Position numbers and translations under genes: made by a program. A DNA stretch of 24,205 bases, from the IMG/VR virus record IMGVR_UViG_3300035703_000051, one strand, 5' to 3'. This DNA comes from an uncultured virus (IMG/VR IMGVR_UViG_3300035703_000051) (lineage: Duplodnaviria; Heunggongvirae; Uroviricota; Caudoviricetes). Below, piece by piece: positions 1 to 9,158 of this stretch (its first letter is position 1; each line of letters starts with the position of its first letter). The notes beneath the pieces are model-generated. The model saw nothing but the letters and a program-made list of their open reading frames with translations. It was not told the origin of the DNA and did not search any database.

Positions 1-183
1 CATGGGCATGCGATTGATTTGGTCTTCCAAGATGTCGATCCTACGTTTTTGAGAATTTGTGTAATCAAAAGCGTGTTGGATGCGCTCTTGCTGTCTATCT
101 AATATTTTATTGGCGACCCAGGAGCCGCCTGTAACAGCTGATACGATTGCAGTTAAACCAATCGCAAAATATTCTGGACCCAC
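1..183 (-). CDS. Membrane protein, single TM plus coiled coil (holin-like?), runs off window edge
   Basis: Manual translation from GTG at 183: MGPEYFAIGLTAIVSAVTGGSWVANKILDRQQERIQHAFDYTNSQKRRIDILEDQINRMPM...; directly downstream of terL; not in ORF track. Confidence 0.6.
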   Translation of the reverse strand, partial: MGPEYFAIGLTAIVSAVTGGSWVANKILDRQQERIQHAFDYTNSQKRRIDILEDQINRMPM

Positions 184-212
184 TGGATTACATGTTTTTT
201 ACTATTCTAAAT

Positions 213-1739
213 TTAGTAATCAAGTTGTAAATTACCTTTTTTCATTAACCCATTTACTAACCAAACCAAAGCATCAACACAGTCATCGTGCCCACTAACT
301 CCAAAGTTTGTTAGTTCTTCAAACATGGCAGTGAAATTACGATAACGATTAAAGATAATCTTGCGATCTTCAAACATACCCATAATGCCACGGAATCGAG
401 CCAATTTATCAGCGCGGAATCCTTTGACGGGATGCCAAAGAATGTTATACAGACCTTCATTATTTAAACAAATTCGTTTGAAATCAGCCTCCAGGGATGC
501 CTGGTACTGAACAGCTTCTGACCATACGTCACACGTGGAGAATGTCGGGAAGTAATTACCGTTGTCATCTTTGCCAATAATGGACCAATCATTCATCAGT
601 TCTTTAAGAGCATCTAGTTTTTCAAGGTTACCCATGACGCGCATGCGCCGATAGTCAATGATGTGAATTCGATCTTCAATGCGGCCACCGAGAACAAATA
701 CGGTGTAATCGTTTTTCTCTTTTGTACCAGCAGACAAGTCGACCCCAATCCCTAACGTGTCAAATTCTGTTGCGATTTCTGCTTTGACAATCAGCTCAGG
801 CGCAAGCGATAGCTCGTTTTGCCTGATGATTTTATTCATGTACTGGAAAGAAAAAGCAATCGGTGCTTGCCGTTTCTTTTCCTTCAAATAATCCAATGAC
901 CACATCTCCGGCCAATACGACACTTCTTCTCCGGTTTTAGGATCAGTATTAATTGCTGACAGTACAATCTGAGACCAATTATTTTGTGTATTAAAGGTAG
1001 TTGCATGAATGTCGTCATGCCTGAAGCGTGTACCAAGACAGATGGCACGTGCACCTTCAAACATCGTTGGTGCAATCACCGCGTTCCAGTTTTCTTGCAT
1101 CTGCTTACGGATGTCAGGATTTGCGATATCCGCAGCCGACTTAATGGCGTCATCAATCATCACAAGATGAGAACGCTTGGAGGTCACCGAACCTTTAAGG
1201 CCTGCAGCGCAAAGCGTGAATTGTTCTTCACCAGTGGTATCAATACCAGCGAATTTATGGTCGATAGACCAGTACTCGTTACTGGTTACGTTCTTTAAAA
1301 GACGTACTGTTGGGAAAACTTCTTGATATCGTTTGCTTTCAATGATGCGTTTAATAGTTGCTGATTTAGAGCGAGCAATATCAACGGTATAAGAGAGATA
1401 AAGAATCTGTAATGGAAGCTTGGCAGCAGTATGGATACCAATTGCCCAAGCAGTCAAAAGACCCAAAACTGTACTCTTGGCAGATCCTCGTGGAGCAAGG
1501 AGATCGATATTTGGACCAGCAATTTTGATTAAACAGGAACTATCTTCGTTTGTAACAAAATGACGATGCCAATCCTTGTGGTGCTCAGCCGGAGGTTTAT
1601 CTGCAACGTATTCACAAAAGAAAGCAAAATCTTCCCTTGCTTTTTGAAGAAGTTCTAAGTTACGTGGCTTCTTAATTTGTTGATTTTGCGCTGCAGCTTT
1701 AGCGTTGCGGCGATGCGCAAGATAAAGATAAGAAGGCAC
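213..1739 (-). CDS. terL: Phage terminase large subunit
   Basis: Walker A-type APRGSAKST, Walker B LVMIDD, coupling motif GTR, RNase H-fold nuclease motifs IGVDLSAG...NDYTV and HDDCVDALVW; 508 aa. Confidence 0.95.
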   Translation of the reverse strand: MPSYLYLAHRRNAKAAAQNQQIKKPRNLELLQKAREDFAFFCEYVADKPPAEHHKDWHRHFVTNEDSSCLIKIAGPNIDLLAPRGSAKSTVLGLLTAWAIGIHTAAKLPLQILYLSYTVDIARSKSATIKRIIESKRYQEVFPTVRLLKNVTSNEYWSIDHKFAGIDTTGEEQFTLCAAGLKGSVTSKRSHLVMIDDAIKSAADIANPDIRKQMQENWNAVIAPTMFEGARAICLGTRFRHDDIHATTFNTQNNWSQIVLSAINTDPKTGEEVSYWPEMWSLDYLKEKKRQAPIAFSFQYMNKIIRQNELSLAPELIVKAEIATEFDTLGIGVDLSAGTKEKNDYTVFVLGGRIEDRIHIIDYRRMRVMGNLEKLDALKELMNDWSIIGKDDNGNYFPTFSTCDVWSEAVQYQASLEADFKRICLNNEGLYNILWHPVKGFRADKLARFRGIMGMFEDRKIIFNRYRNFTAMFEELTNFGVSGHDDCVDALVWLVNGLMKKGNLQLDY

Positions 1740-1768
1740 AATAAATAAGCAGTTAATAAAATACTAAC

Positions 1769-1909
1769 TTATTTTTGTTTTTTAGTTTTTTGGTATTGAC
1801 GAGCTTTTTCTAATGCTGCTTTTCTTTTTTCTTTGTCTGTAACTTTATCGTCACCCGTATCTCTTGATTTGAAATGTGCCAAAATCTCTGGCGGCATTTT
1901 ATTAGACAT
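1769..1909 (-). CDS. Small basic hypothetical protein (46 aa)
   Basis: Manual translation MSNKMPPEILAHFKSRDTGDDKVTDKEKRKAALEKARQYQKTKKQK; start overlaps the upstream ORF end; fills gap before terL. Confidence 0.65.
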   Translation of the reverse strand: MSNKMPPEILAHFKSRDTGDDKVTDKEKRKAALEKARQYQKTKKQK

Positions 1910-2081
1910 TTTGGTTTGGTAATACAGTTTTATTATTAAAGCCCGCTAGTTGAATCTCTTTTGCTCCAGCAACATTTTGAGCCGGTTGGTTAATAGAACG
2001 ACCCATGCGATTCCTTTGAATCTCACGCACAATACCAGATAATTTACCAGCAAATTCACTGGCGTCTACGTTGGCACCCAT
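1902..2081 (-). CDS. Small hypothetical protein (59 aa)
   Basis: Manual translation MGANVDASEFAGKLSGIVREIQRNRMGRSINQPAQNVAGAKEIQLAGFNNKTVLPNQNV; TAGAAT motif upstream. Confidence 0.6.
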   Translation of the reverse strand: MGANVDASEFAGKLSGIVREIQRNRMGRSINQPAQNVAGAKEIQLAGFNNKTVLPNQNV

Positions 2082-2114
2082 ATGTTTTGAAATTTATTTT
2101 TTATTCTAAATGTT

Positions 2115-2651
2115 TTATTCTTCTAGTTGCATGCGAGCCCAGACACTCATCGATGCTTCATGCAAAGGCGATTCAATGGGATCATCTTTAAAAATAAACA
2201 TGAGTTCACGAATGGCACGATCAGCACCAGCCATCAATAAACCCTTGCGGTCTTTGGTTGAAGTGTATTGCTCAATCTGTTGAATTGTGCCACGTAATTC
2301 CTTTTGCATCGAAGCAATACGTGCCACACCTGCATCGCGTTTGACAACACCAGCTTCTACGTCATCACGCAGTTTCCTAATGTCTTCCCGCATCTCATCA
2401 ATTTCATACAGGAGTACCTTCCGGTGATCTGGTTTTGGGTAATGTTTATTTACCCAAAGATCACATGCAGTGATACTGCCACGGTAATCAAGAAACCGTG
2501 CATACAGAAAACATTCAATAACCGAATAGTTTTCTGAACAAAAAGAAATAAACGCCTCCTGGGAGGCGGAGTCTAAGTTATCGACCCAGATGTCGAAAAC
2601 CTCAATATTTATAAGCTCGTTGGGCCTGGCGGTAATCCCTTGCTTCGTCAC
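2115..2651 (-). CDS. Helical hypothetical protein, candidate terminase small subunit; start uncertain
   Basis: ORF track 2115..2732; the nearest canonical start to the globular-looking part is GTG at 2651; coiled-coil segment EIDEMREDIRKLRDD; lies shortly upstream of terL. TerS role is positional inference only. Confidence 0.5.
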   Translation of the reverse strand: MTKQGITARPNELINIEVFDIWVDNLDSASQEAFISFCSENYSVIECFLYARFLDYRGSITACDLWVNKHYPKPDHRKVLLYEIDEMREDIRKLRDDVEAGVVKRDAGVARIASMQKELRGTIQQIEQYTSTKDRKGLLMAGADRAIRELMFIFKDDPIESPLHEASMSVWARMQLEE

Positions 2652-2874
2652 TTTCGGAGAAACGCTGGGCTTGTTCTGCCCCCGTACGCTGCTCTTGTGC
2701 TCCTCGGCTGATGGTTTCACGTTCTTGTGCACCAGATTCCCTCATTTTTTCTTTAGTAGAGCCAACGGAAACATCTTGGAAAATTTTAACGGCAGCAGCT
2801 GCTTTTTTGGCTTTGTCCTCATCGAACAAAAAACCGTATGGATCAGTATCGGCACCAAAAAAATCGTCTGCCAT
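2602..2874 (-). CDS. Hypothetical protein, putative virion component (charged/Gln-rich helix)
   Basis: 90 aa ORF tightly packed in the late operon; GAQE motif repeated. Confidence 0.7.
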   Translation of the reverse strand: MADDFFGADTDPYGFLFDEDKAKKAAAAVKIFQDVSVGSTKEKMRESGAQERETISRGAQEQRTGAEQAQRFSESDEARDYRQAQRAYKY

Positions 2875-2876
2875 TG

Positions 2877-3065
2877 TTAAGCCGTCTCCTTGTTCTGTGT
2901 TGACTCTTTTTTATCTTCTTCCTCGAAAGGAGATTTTTCTTTTACTTGTTGTTCGTCTGCCCGAGTTTTGGCATAACGATACGCTAACTCTGCAGCTTGC
3001 TTATAGCGACTTAAATCTGACTCAATGCCGGATTGGTTTTGTTGTGCTGCAGAGTCAGGGCTCAT
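2877..3065 (-). CDS. Hypothetical protein (62 aa)
   Basis: Tiles between neighbours with 2-10 nt gaps. Confidence 0.65.
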   Translation of the reverse strand: MSPDSAAQQNQSGIESDLSRYKQAAELAYRYAKTRADEQQVKEKSPFEEEDKKESTQNKETA

Positions 3066-3075
3066 TTCAAGAAGA

Positions 3076-3330
3076 TCAGAAGTTACTCATCATGGAGGCT
3101 AAACCCTGAGTCATGATGTCGCGGCGACCTTCAGTACTCTTCTGACGTTGTTGGCGCATCTTGGATCCTTCCAGGCGGCCCAGGAGATCTTCGAATTCAG
3201 AGATATTAAAGGATTTTGCGCCGTATTCACCTTCAGCTGCTTGTTTTTTAAGAGCAGTAGCAGTAGCATTGTCAATTTCGCCCCTGGCAAGAGCGGCATC
3301 AATACCAGCAATCGTATCGGCGTAAGCCAT
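3076..3330 (-). CDS. Hypothetical protein (84 aa), putative virion component
   Basis: ATG start, tiles the operon, helical composition. Confidence 0.7.
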   Translation of the reverse strand: MAYADTIAGIDAALARGEIDNATATALKKQAAEGEYGAKSFNISEFEDLLGRLEGSKMRQQRQKSTEGRRDIMTQGLASMMSNF

Positions 3331-3375
3331 AATCAGTTCTCAAAAGAAACTAAAAGTATTTTAACGCATTTAGAT

Positions 3376-4290
3376 TTAGAAACTAAATGCGTTAATTAAA
3401 GCGTTTCGATACCCAGCTTGTTCTCCAATACGTGCAATATCCTTTTGGCCCGCTTGACGTGCCTCTTCTTGTTTGACACCAAGTTCACCCGTAATTCTAG
3501 AAACTTCTTTTGCGCTTTCTCCACGAATACCTTCTACTTCTTTTAAGCCCGTATTGATAATTGATTGCAGGTCAAGCCTATTTTTTCCTTCGATTTCTGT
3601 AACTTTAGTAGCTTTTGCAAAATCTTGATCTGCAAGATATCGTTTAGCTTCTAAATCTCGGTCGGCCATGTATTTGTTTGCAGCAGCTGAAATATCTGCT
3701 GTTTTAACAGAGTAACCGCCTTGAATGTTGGCTACATTGGCAGCAGTTACACCTTGAATTTGGGTAATTTCTTTTTGGATGTCACCATTTAATCTGGTTA
3801 AAATTCCAGCGGATAATACGGCGAATTCAGGTTCTGAATAACGCCCTTCAGGAATACTAGGACCAGATATATGTCGCCCTTCTTTTTTGCCATAAATATC
3901 GTAATGTTCTTTCCCCCAGGCTTCTTTTGTTATTGCTCTTGTTTCAGGGGCATGAAATGACGACGGCGAAAGGCGCTTGTTCCAGGCTTCTGCAAGATCT
4001 GGGTTAGTGTCAACATAAGTTTTATAATCAAAAAAATCTATACCAGGCGTATAAGCAGCTTGTGGAGCAGAAGGTTGAGGAGCAAGAGGAGGAGTAGGAT
4101 CGGGTAGTGTTCTATTTTCAGGTGCACCATATTCATTCCAATGCCATTGTCCCCATTCAGATTTTGATTTACCACTGGGATTAAACCAGTTACTTCTCAT
4201 TCCTTGTATCGGCTTACCTGCTTGATAAGCCGCTAAAACATCAGGATAGGCATTAACATAGGCTTCGTAAGCATCTACAGGATTTGCCAT
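3376..4290 (-). CDS. Putative internal virion/DNA pilot-like protein with two Y-x-x-YV-x-x-x-PD...WG-x-x-H...YG-x-x-E-x-R repeats and an 11-residue-period coiled coil
   Basis: Repeats YEAYVNAYPDV...EWGQWHWNEYGAPENR and YKTYVDTNPDL...AWGKEHYDIYGKKEGR; C-terminal hendecad pattern. Confidence 0.6.
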   Translation of the reverse strand: MANPVDAYEAYVNAYPDVLAAYQAGKPIQGMRSNWFNPSGKSKSEWGQWHWNEYGAPENRTLPDPTPPLAPQPSAPQAAYTPGIDFFDYKTYVDTNPDLAEAWNKRLSPSSFHAPETRAITKEAWGKEHYDIYGKKEGRHISGPSIPEGRYSEPEFAVLSAGILTRLNGDIQKEITQIQGVTAANVANIQGGYSVKTADISAAANKYMADRDLEAKRYLADQDFAKATKVTEIEGKNRLDLQSIINTGLKEVEGIRGESAKEVSRITGELGVKQEEARQAGQKDIARIGEQAGYRNALINAFSF

Positions 4291-4336
4291 GATTATTTCT
4301 TGTTGTTAAATATATTGTAAATTAAAAACGTGTACA

Positions 4337-4990
4337 TTATTTACCGACAGCTCCAAGCATCGTTGCGTATTCATCTAAGGTAGGACCTGATTTAAATGTA
4401 TCAATTCCACTTTTTACTTTTTTAGGATCAAAAATTACAGCTTGTTTTCTATATTCAGGACTCGAAAGAAGTGTTTCACCAAGAAACGCTTGGAAATCAG
4501 CTCCTTTATTAATCCCTAAACCTTGCGCAGCACTAACATAGTTTTGAAATTCCGTATCTCCAATACTGCGTCCAAGTAATTGTTCAAAGGCTAAAGAAGC
4601 AGCTGGTTTATAACGGCTATAGCTTTCAGCTGGGGCAAAACCCATCTGAAGATTGCTAAGTTCTTCCGCTTGTTTAAAACCTTGTGAAAGATCACCGCCT
4701 ACTGATTTGACAAGATCAAGATATGAATACCTGGCTTCCTCTGGGGTTAGTTGACCTCGTGCAACTTGATTACTAATTGAAGTAAGAATAGTTGGTAATG
4801 CTCTTTTAGTTTCGCTTCGTGCGCCTTTGCTCTCTTCAATATAAGAACGTGCAATATCCGAAGGATTGCTAGACATTTTTGAATTTGTATCTAAAAGTGA
4901 CTGTCTAATTTGTGCAGAGAAATTGTCATCATATGGATCTTCATATGAACCAGTGGATGCTCGTCTTTCCGCTGCCCAATTGTATCCCAT
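4337..4990 (-). CDS. Hypothetical virion-associated protein
   Basis: 217 aa ORF in the late operon; helical segment FEQLLGRS...LLSSPEY. Confidence 0.7.
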   Translation of the reverse strand: MGYNWAAERRASTGSYEDPYDDNFSAQIRQSLLDTNSKMSSNPSDIARSYIEESKGARSETKRALPTILTSISNQVARGQLTPEEARYSYLDLVKSVGGDLSQGFKQAEELSNLQMGFAPAESYSRYKPAASLAFEQLLGRSIGDTEFQNYVSAAQGLGINKGADFQAFLGETLLSSPEYRKQAVIFDPKKVKSGIDTFKSGPTLDEYATMLGAVGK

Positions 4991-5019
4991 TTTTATACCT
5001 TATTTAAATCCATTGTAAT

Positions 5020-5472
5020 TTAAATAAACCTCCGGAATGGGTCCATTTCTTTTCCGTAGGCTTGTTGACGTATTCCGGCTAATTCTTGAGAAAGGCGCAT
5101 TCTTTCTCTAGCCAGTGTATTTGGACTAAAGGATAAAGCACCTGTTAATTTTGCTTCATCAAAAGCATTTGCTCGCTCCATGGGCCCACCGATATATCGA
5201 TCAAATTCTTTTGCAGCAACTTCTGTACCAAAACCAAGCAGCGGAGCTTCCCGTGAAGCTTTTTCAATTGCTCGAGCTTGCGTTTCTGCTGCCTGTTTTG
5301 CTTTATCAGCAGCTTTTTTAGAACCACTGGCGCCAATACCACCGCTGATTAGGCTTGCGCCTCCTCCAATCAGACTTGCACCAATTAAGGGATCCATTCC
5401 TGCTTTAGGTAATAACGTGTTTGTTGTCGAACTTAGGTAACTGGTTGTTGGTACAGTACTCGTTCCTGCCAT
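5020..5472 (-). CDS. Putative internal virion (ejection) protein; alternative start at 5397
   Basis: MDPLIGASLIGGGASLISGGIGASGSKKAADKAKQAAETQARA: Gly-rich hydrophobic segment followed by an Ala/Gln helix, the pattern of small podovirus ejection proteins. Confidence 0.6.
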   Translation of the reverse strand: MAGTSTVPTTSYLSSTTNTLLPKAGMDPLIGASLIGGGASLISGGIGASGSKKAADKAKQAAETQARAIEKASREAPLLGFGTEVAAKEFDRYIGGPMERANAFDEAKLTGALSFSPNTLARERMRLSQELAGIRQQAYGKEMDPFRRFI

Positions 5473-5487
5473 TATTCTAACCTTTTG

Positions 5488-5937
5488 TTACGAAAGCCAT
5501 TTGCGATTAGCGTATGGATTGCTTGAATAGATGCCAGCTAGTAAACCTGGAGTTCTACTAGCAATTTCAATTGCAGCAGCCGGATAAGATAAACGAGCAA
5601 TAGACTCAAAACCTTGCATAATTTGACCAGGTAATGCAGTCAGCATTTTAATTTTTGCTGCTTCTTTGCCTTCTTGAGCTCGCATCTGACGAACACGCTC
5701 AAAATCTTCCAATTGACGAGAGCGTTCACGTTCATCGCGACCTTCTAAGTAAGTAAATAAAGCTCCTGTTGAAGGATCAATTCCAGAAATGGAAGCGTAA
5801 TTAAATCCACCTGTATAACCAGGTGTCATTTGGCTTGGAGTAGGAGCTACGAAAGACCCAAATGCATTGGGAGAAACAGCAGCAAGTGGATTACCTGCCA
5901 GACGAATACCAGAGTATGTCGGATTTGCCATGATCAA
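5488..5937 (-). CDS. Hypothetical virion-associated protein
   Basis: 149 aa ORF overlapping the upstream stop. Confidence 0.7.
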   Translation of the reverse strand: MIMANPTYSGIRLAGNPLAAVSPNAFGSFVAPTPSQMTPGYTGGFNYASISGIDPSTGALFTYLEGRDERERSRQLEDFERVRQMRAQEGKEAAKIKMLTALPGQIMQGFESIARLSYPAAAIEIASRTPGLLAGIYSSNPYANRKWLS

Positions 5938-6824
5938 CCAATTCCAATGGTAGGTGCAGCAAGAGCGGTGACATATGGGTTAGTAGCAATTGCTTGACGC
6001 ATGAAGGCACCACGCTCGCGCTGGGCTTCAAGCGTTTGGTTAATCGCACCACCGAGGATCATTTGTTGCTGATAGGCATTGTTTTGAGAGTTGATTAATG
6101 CCTGTGCGCGGGTGAGATCAGCGTTTTGTTCTGCCTGAAGAATGGAGAAACCTGCTTGACGTGCACGCAGATCTTCATCATTTAATTTTTTGGTCAGATC
6201 AATTGTTGCTCCAACACGTGTCTGAAGAGCATTACGTTCTTGGGTCTGACCAAGCTCGCTGAGCTGCTGCATGTACTTCAGCTGTTGTGCAGAAGCATTG
6301 AGTGGCAAATCACCAAATGGGGTTGGAATACTTACTGCTTGAGGAGTTTTATCCAGTGCAGCTTTAGTGCCACCAACTAGAGCACCACCTGCCATAGAAC
6401 CAATGGTTGTGCCAATTGCTGCTCCAACAGGCCCAAAGCCTGCACCAACTACGCCACCAATAAGACCGCCAACGGTCGTACCAGCAGCACCTGCAATATC
6501 ACCTTGCATCAAAGCTGGAACACCAGCAAGAACAGCACCGCCACCAACAATGCCACGTTTGGGTACTTTCTGTAATGCAGCACCTGCTTGCTCTGCAAGT
6601 TGACCAGCGCCCGTTGCAATTACTTCACCGGCTTTACCAACTTTTACCTTACCTTCTTCAATAAGTTTTTTAAGCTGTTCACGTGTGGAAGCTTCAGCAA
6701 AAGTAGCTGGATCAATATTTACATTTCCCGCAAAAGTACCACCCGCTTGAGAAGGGCGCACTCGTGGATTTACGGGTGATTGAAGACCAAGCGACGGATT
6801 AGTTGGGTCAATAGAGTAATACAC
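5934..6824 (-). CDS. Putative ejection/membrane-spanning virion protein with glycine zipper
   Basis: GAAGTTVGGLIGGVVGAGFGPVGAAIGTTIGSMAGGALVGG (GxxxG repeats) followed by a Gln-rich helical region. Confidence 0.6.
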   Translation of the reverse strand: MYYSIDPTNPSLGLQSPVNPRVRPSQAGGTFAGNVNIDPATFAEASTREQLKKLIEEGKVKVGKAGEVIATGAGQLAEQAGAALQKVPKRGIVGGGAVLAGVPALMQGDIAGAAGTTVGGLIGGVVGAGFGPVGAAIGTTIGSMAGGALVGGTKAALDKTPQAVSIPTPFGDLPLNASAQQLKYMQQLSELGQTQERNALQTRVGATIDLTKKLNDEDLRARQAGFSILQAEQNADLTRAQALINSQNNAYQQQMILGGAINQTLEAQRERGAFMRQAIATNPYVTALAAPTIGIG

Positions 6825-6841
6825 TTTACGTCTACTTTTTT

Positions 6842-7738
6842 TTAAATTCTATCAGCACTCAACGTTTCATATTCAGCAGTCGTTGGTAATGTTGGTCGAT
6901 TACCAGCAGCAATAACTTCATTAATTACATTACCTGTCAAGATGCCACCAAGTGATCCAGCAAGTCCTGCAAGACCAAGACGTGATGCCCTTGGTTGTTT
7001 AGTTGTCCGTGAAGCAATACCTAATGCAGCGGCACCACCTGCCACTCCGAGAGCTGATGGAATAGTTATTGGGTAACCGAGTAAACGAGCTTCTGGAACA
7101 CCTTGTAAATTCTCTGAGGTTCCTTTTAACACACCAAGGAATCCACGATCTTGGTAATAACTACGCAAGAAATTACCGTAACGTTCTGGAGTTAAATCTG
7201 GGATATCTTTTTTAGCTTCTTCGTATGCAAGAGGACGACCAGTACGTCCCAAGAAGAAACGTTCGAATGTTTCTTGTACTGGCTGCTCGGTTTCACGACG
7301 GTCTTCCGAGCCTTCTGCAGCATACGTCTGAGCAAAACCTTTTGGTCTGCCCATTTCACCAACATTCAGTAGATCATACGCACCAGATGTTGCAGCGGCT
7401 GGTGCTAATGCCGCTGTCATAACTAAACCAGTTTTAAGTGGTCCTAATTTTGCTGCTGTTTCTTTTCCTAATGCTGCACTAGCGGCTATATCTGCAATAG
7501 CATTTGGATGATTTGCACGCCACCAAAGAGTGCGAGTCCCGTCGTTTGTTAAATCTGTTACAACACGTGCTGCATACGCGCCAAGAAATTGAACAGGCGT
7601 TTCACGCATCGTGATGCCTTCTTGGGCGATACCCTTTTTGAAACCTGGATCACCAACAGAAAGAGTTTTTGTATCGTACTTTTTCTGTCGTTGTTCTGTT
7701 GTTTTAAATCCTTTAATAAAATCAGAAGCAAAACTCAT
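6842..7738 (-). CDS. Putative virion protein with C-terminal hydrophobic helices
   Basis: 298 aa; hydrophobic segments SALGVAGGAAALGIA and LGLAGLAGSLGGILTG. Confidence 0.65.
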   Translation of the reverse strand: MSFASDFIKGFKTTEQRQKKYDTKTLSVGDPGFKKGIAQEGITMRETPVQFLGAYAARVVTDLTNDGTRTLWWRANHPNAIADIAASAALGKETAAKLGPLKTGLVMTAALAPAAATSGAYDLLNVGEMGRPKGFAQTYAAEGSEDRRETEQPVQETFERFFLGRTGRPLAYEEAKKDIPDLTPERYGNFLRSYYQDRGFLGVLKGTSENLQGVPEARLLGYPITIPSALGVAGGAAALGIASRTTKQPRASRLGLAGLAGSLGGILTGNVINEVIAAGNRPTLPTTAEYETLSADRI

Positions 7739-8307
7739 TACATTAACCTCACGCCTGCTTGATCTAAAGCTTGTTGAGCTCTTGCTGGGACAGGTAACGC
7801 ATACTGCGGTTGTGTTAAAGGATTGATATATTGATTCAAGAATTCAATTCCAGCCATTTGAAATTGTGTGCCAGGTGCAACAGCTTGTGGTAACTGAAGA
7901 TCATTAATCTGTTGACGTTGCAACATTTGATGGTACAACGTTTGATCTTGTGAACTAATTGTTGGTTCAATCGGCATGCCTGGCATTAAACCAGCAGACA
8001 AACCAGCAGACAAAACAGAACCACCTAAATTAGCTGCAGTTTCAAGTTTTGAGTATTCTGGCGCTGCTTCATATTTACCTGCGGCATTACGGACAAAATT
8101 AGTTGTTGATTGTTTAGGTGGTCGTATTTTTCTTGCAAGTGCAGTTAAAGGATATGTCACACCAAAATCAATCAGTGCGGAACCAACTCCAACACCTGGG
8201 CCACCAGCGAGAGTACCAAATGCACCAGCAAGTACACTGCCAGTACCAACGTTGGCGGCAATATCTTTATTTTTAGAAAAGAACTTACCTAACCCCGCTA
8301 ATCTCAC
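7738..8307 (-). CDS. Putative virion protein, Gly/Ala hydrophobic segments and Gln-rich tail
   Basis: 189 aa; stop overlaps next start by 1 nt. Confidence 0.65.
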   Translation of the reverse strand: MRLAGLGKFFSKNKDIAANVGTGSVLAGAFGTLAGGPGVGVGSALIDFGVTYPLTALARKIRPPKQSTTNFVRNAAGKYEAAPEYSKLETAANLGGSVLSAGLSAGLMPGMPIEPTISSQDQTLYHQMLQRQQINDLQLPQAVAPGTQFQMAGIEFLNQYINPLTQPQYALPVPARAQQALDQAGVRLM

Positions 8308-8346
8308 CGTATTTGTTTCAACTTAATTCAATTGTACAAGAGGTTA

Positions 8347-8940
8347 TTATCCCTTCTTCTCTTCTTCTTCTTCTTTACGTTTTGGAATTGATGAGCCAGG
8401 AGGAGCTCCAAGACTTCCTTTGTCTTTTGATAGTAGTTGAGATACTGATGTCTGACCTTTTTCTTCAGAATCCACTTGCCTTGTAGCTGCTGCCATAAGG
8501 AAACCACGGGGATCCGGATCGGAAGCACGTGGCATCGGGTTTTTAACTTTTTTATCTGCTGAAATTGTAGGACTAAGACGATATGTTTCAGGCCATAATT
8601 CGTTAAAACCTGGTTGCATTTCTGGCCGTTGCGCTGTTAATGCTCTACCGTTTTTAAAATCATATTCAGAAAGACGATCAAAATTTGGCATCCCAGCAAA
8701 GACTTGATATTCTTCGGCGGTTTGCCCAATAAAATTAAGGCCAGGGTTTAGTGACAACTTACGTGTCATCATTTTACGCAACAAGTCAGATTGCGTAAAA
8801 CGAGATGGATTCCAAGGATATTGACCTAATGATGCAGAAGATTGAAACAGTTCATCAAAGTTAAGCTGTTTCTTTTTTACAAAAGGTTCTTTTGTGTAAT
8901 CAATATATCGGCCTAGATCCAGGCGTGCATCTTTAGCCAT
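8347..8940 (-). CDS. Hypothetical protein
   Basis: 197 aa ORF, ATG start, tiles the operon. Confidence 0.75.
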   Translation of the reverse strand: MAKDARLDLGRYIDYTKEPFVKKKQLNFDELFQSSASLGQYPWNPSRFTQSDLLRKMMTRKLSLNPGLNFIGQTAEEYQVFAGMPNFDRLSEYDFKNGRALTAQRPEMQPGFNELWPETYRLSPTISADKKVKNPMPRASDPDPRGFLMAAATRQVDSEEKGQTSVSQLLSKDKGSLGAPPGSSIPKRKEEEEEKKG

Positions 8941-8946
8941 TACTCT

Positions 8947-9156
8947 TTAGTTTTTTTTCTTCTTATGTAATCCTACCAATGTTTGACGAAGTCGTGCTTG
9001 CTTTACTGTTTTTTCATCGTAATCATCAGGATTAGACAAAACATTTTCCTGAAGTTGAGCAGATGTAATTCCACGACGTTTAGCTTTGGCGGTGAAGGCA
9101 CCCTCCTTCATCTCCATGCCTTGAATCCACTTTTTGTTTTTCTTTTTTTCGGCCAT
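8947..9156 (-). CDS. Small basic phage protein (KWIQ...GAFTAKAK...ARL type)
   Basis: 69 aa, Lys-rich; this pattern recurs in small phage late proteins; function unknown. Confidence 0.75.
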   Translation of the reverse strand: MAEKKKNKKWIQGMEMKEGAFTAKAKRRGITSAQLQENVLSNPDDYDEKTVKQARLRQTLVGLHKKKKN

Positions 9157-9158
9157 GA

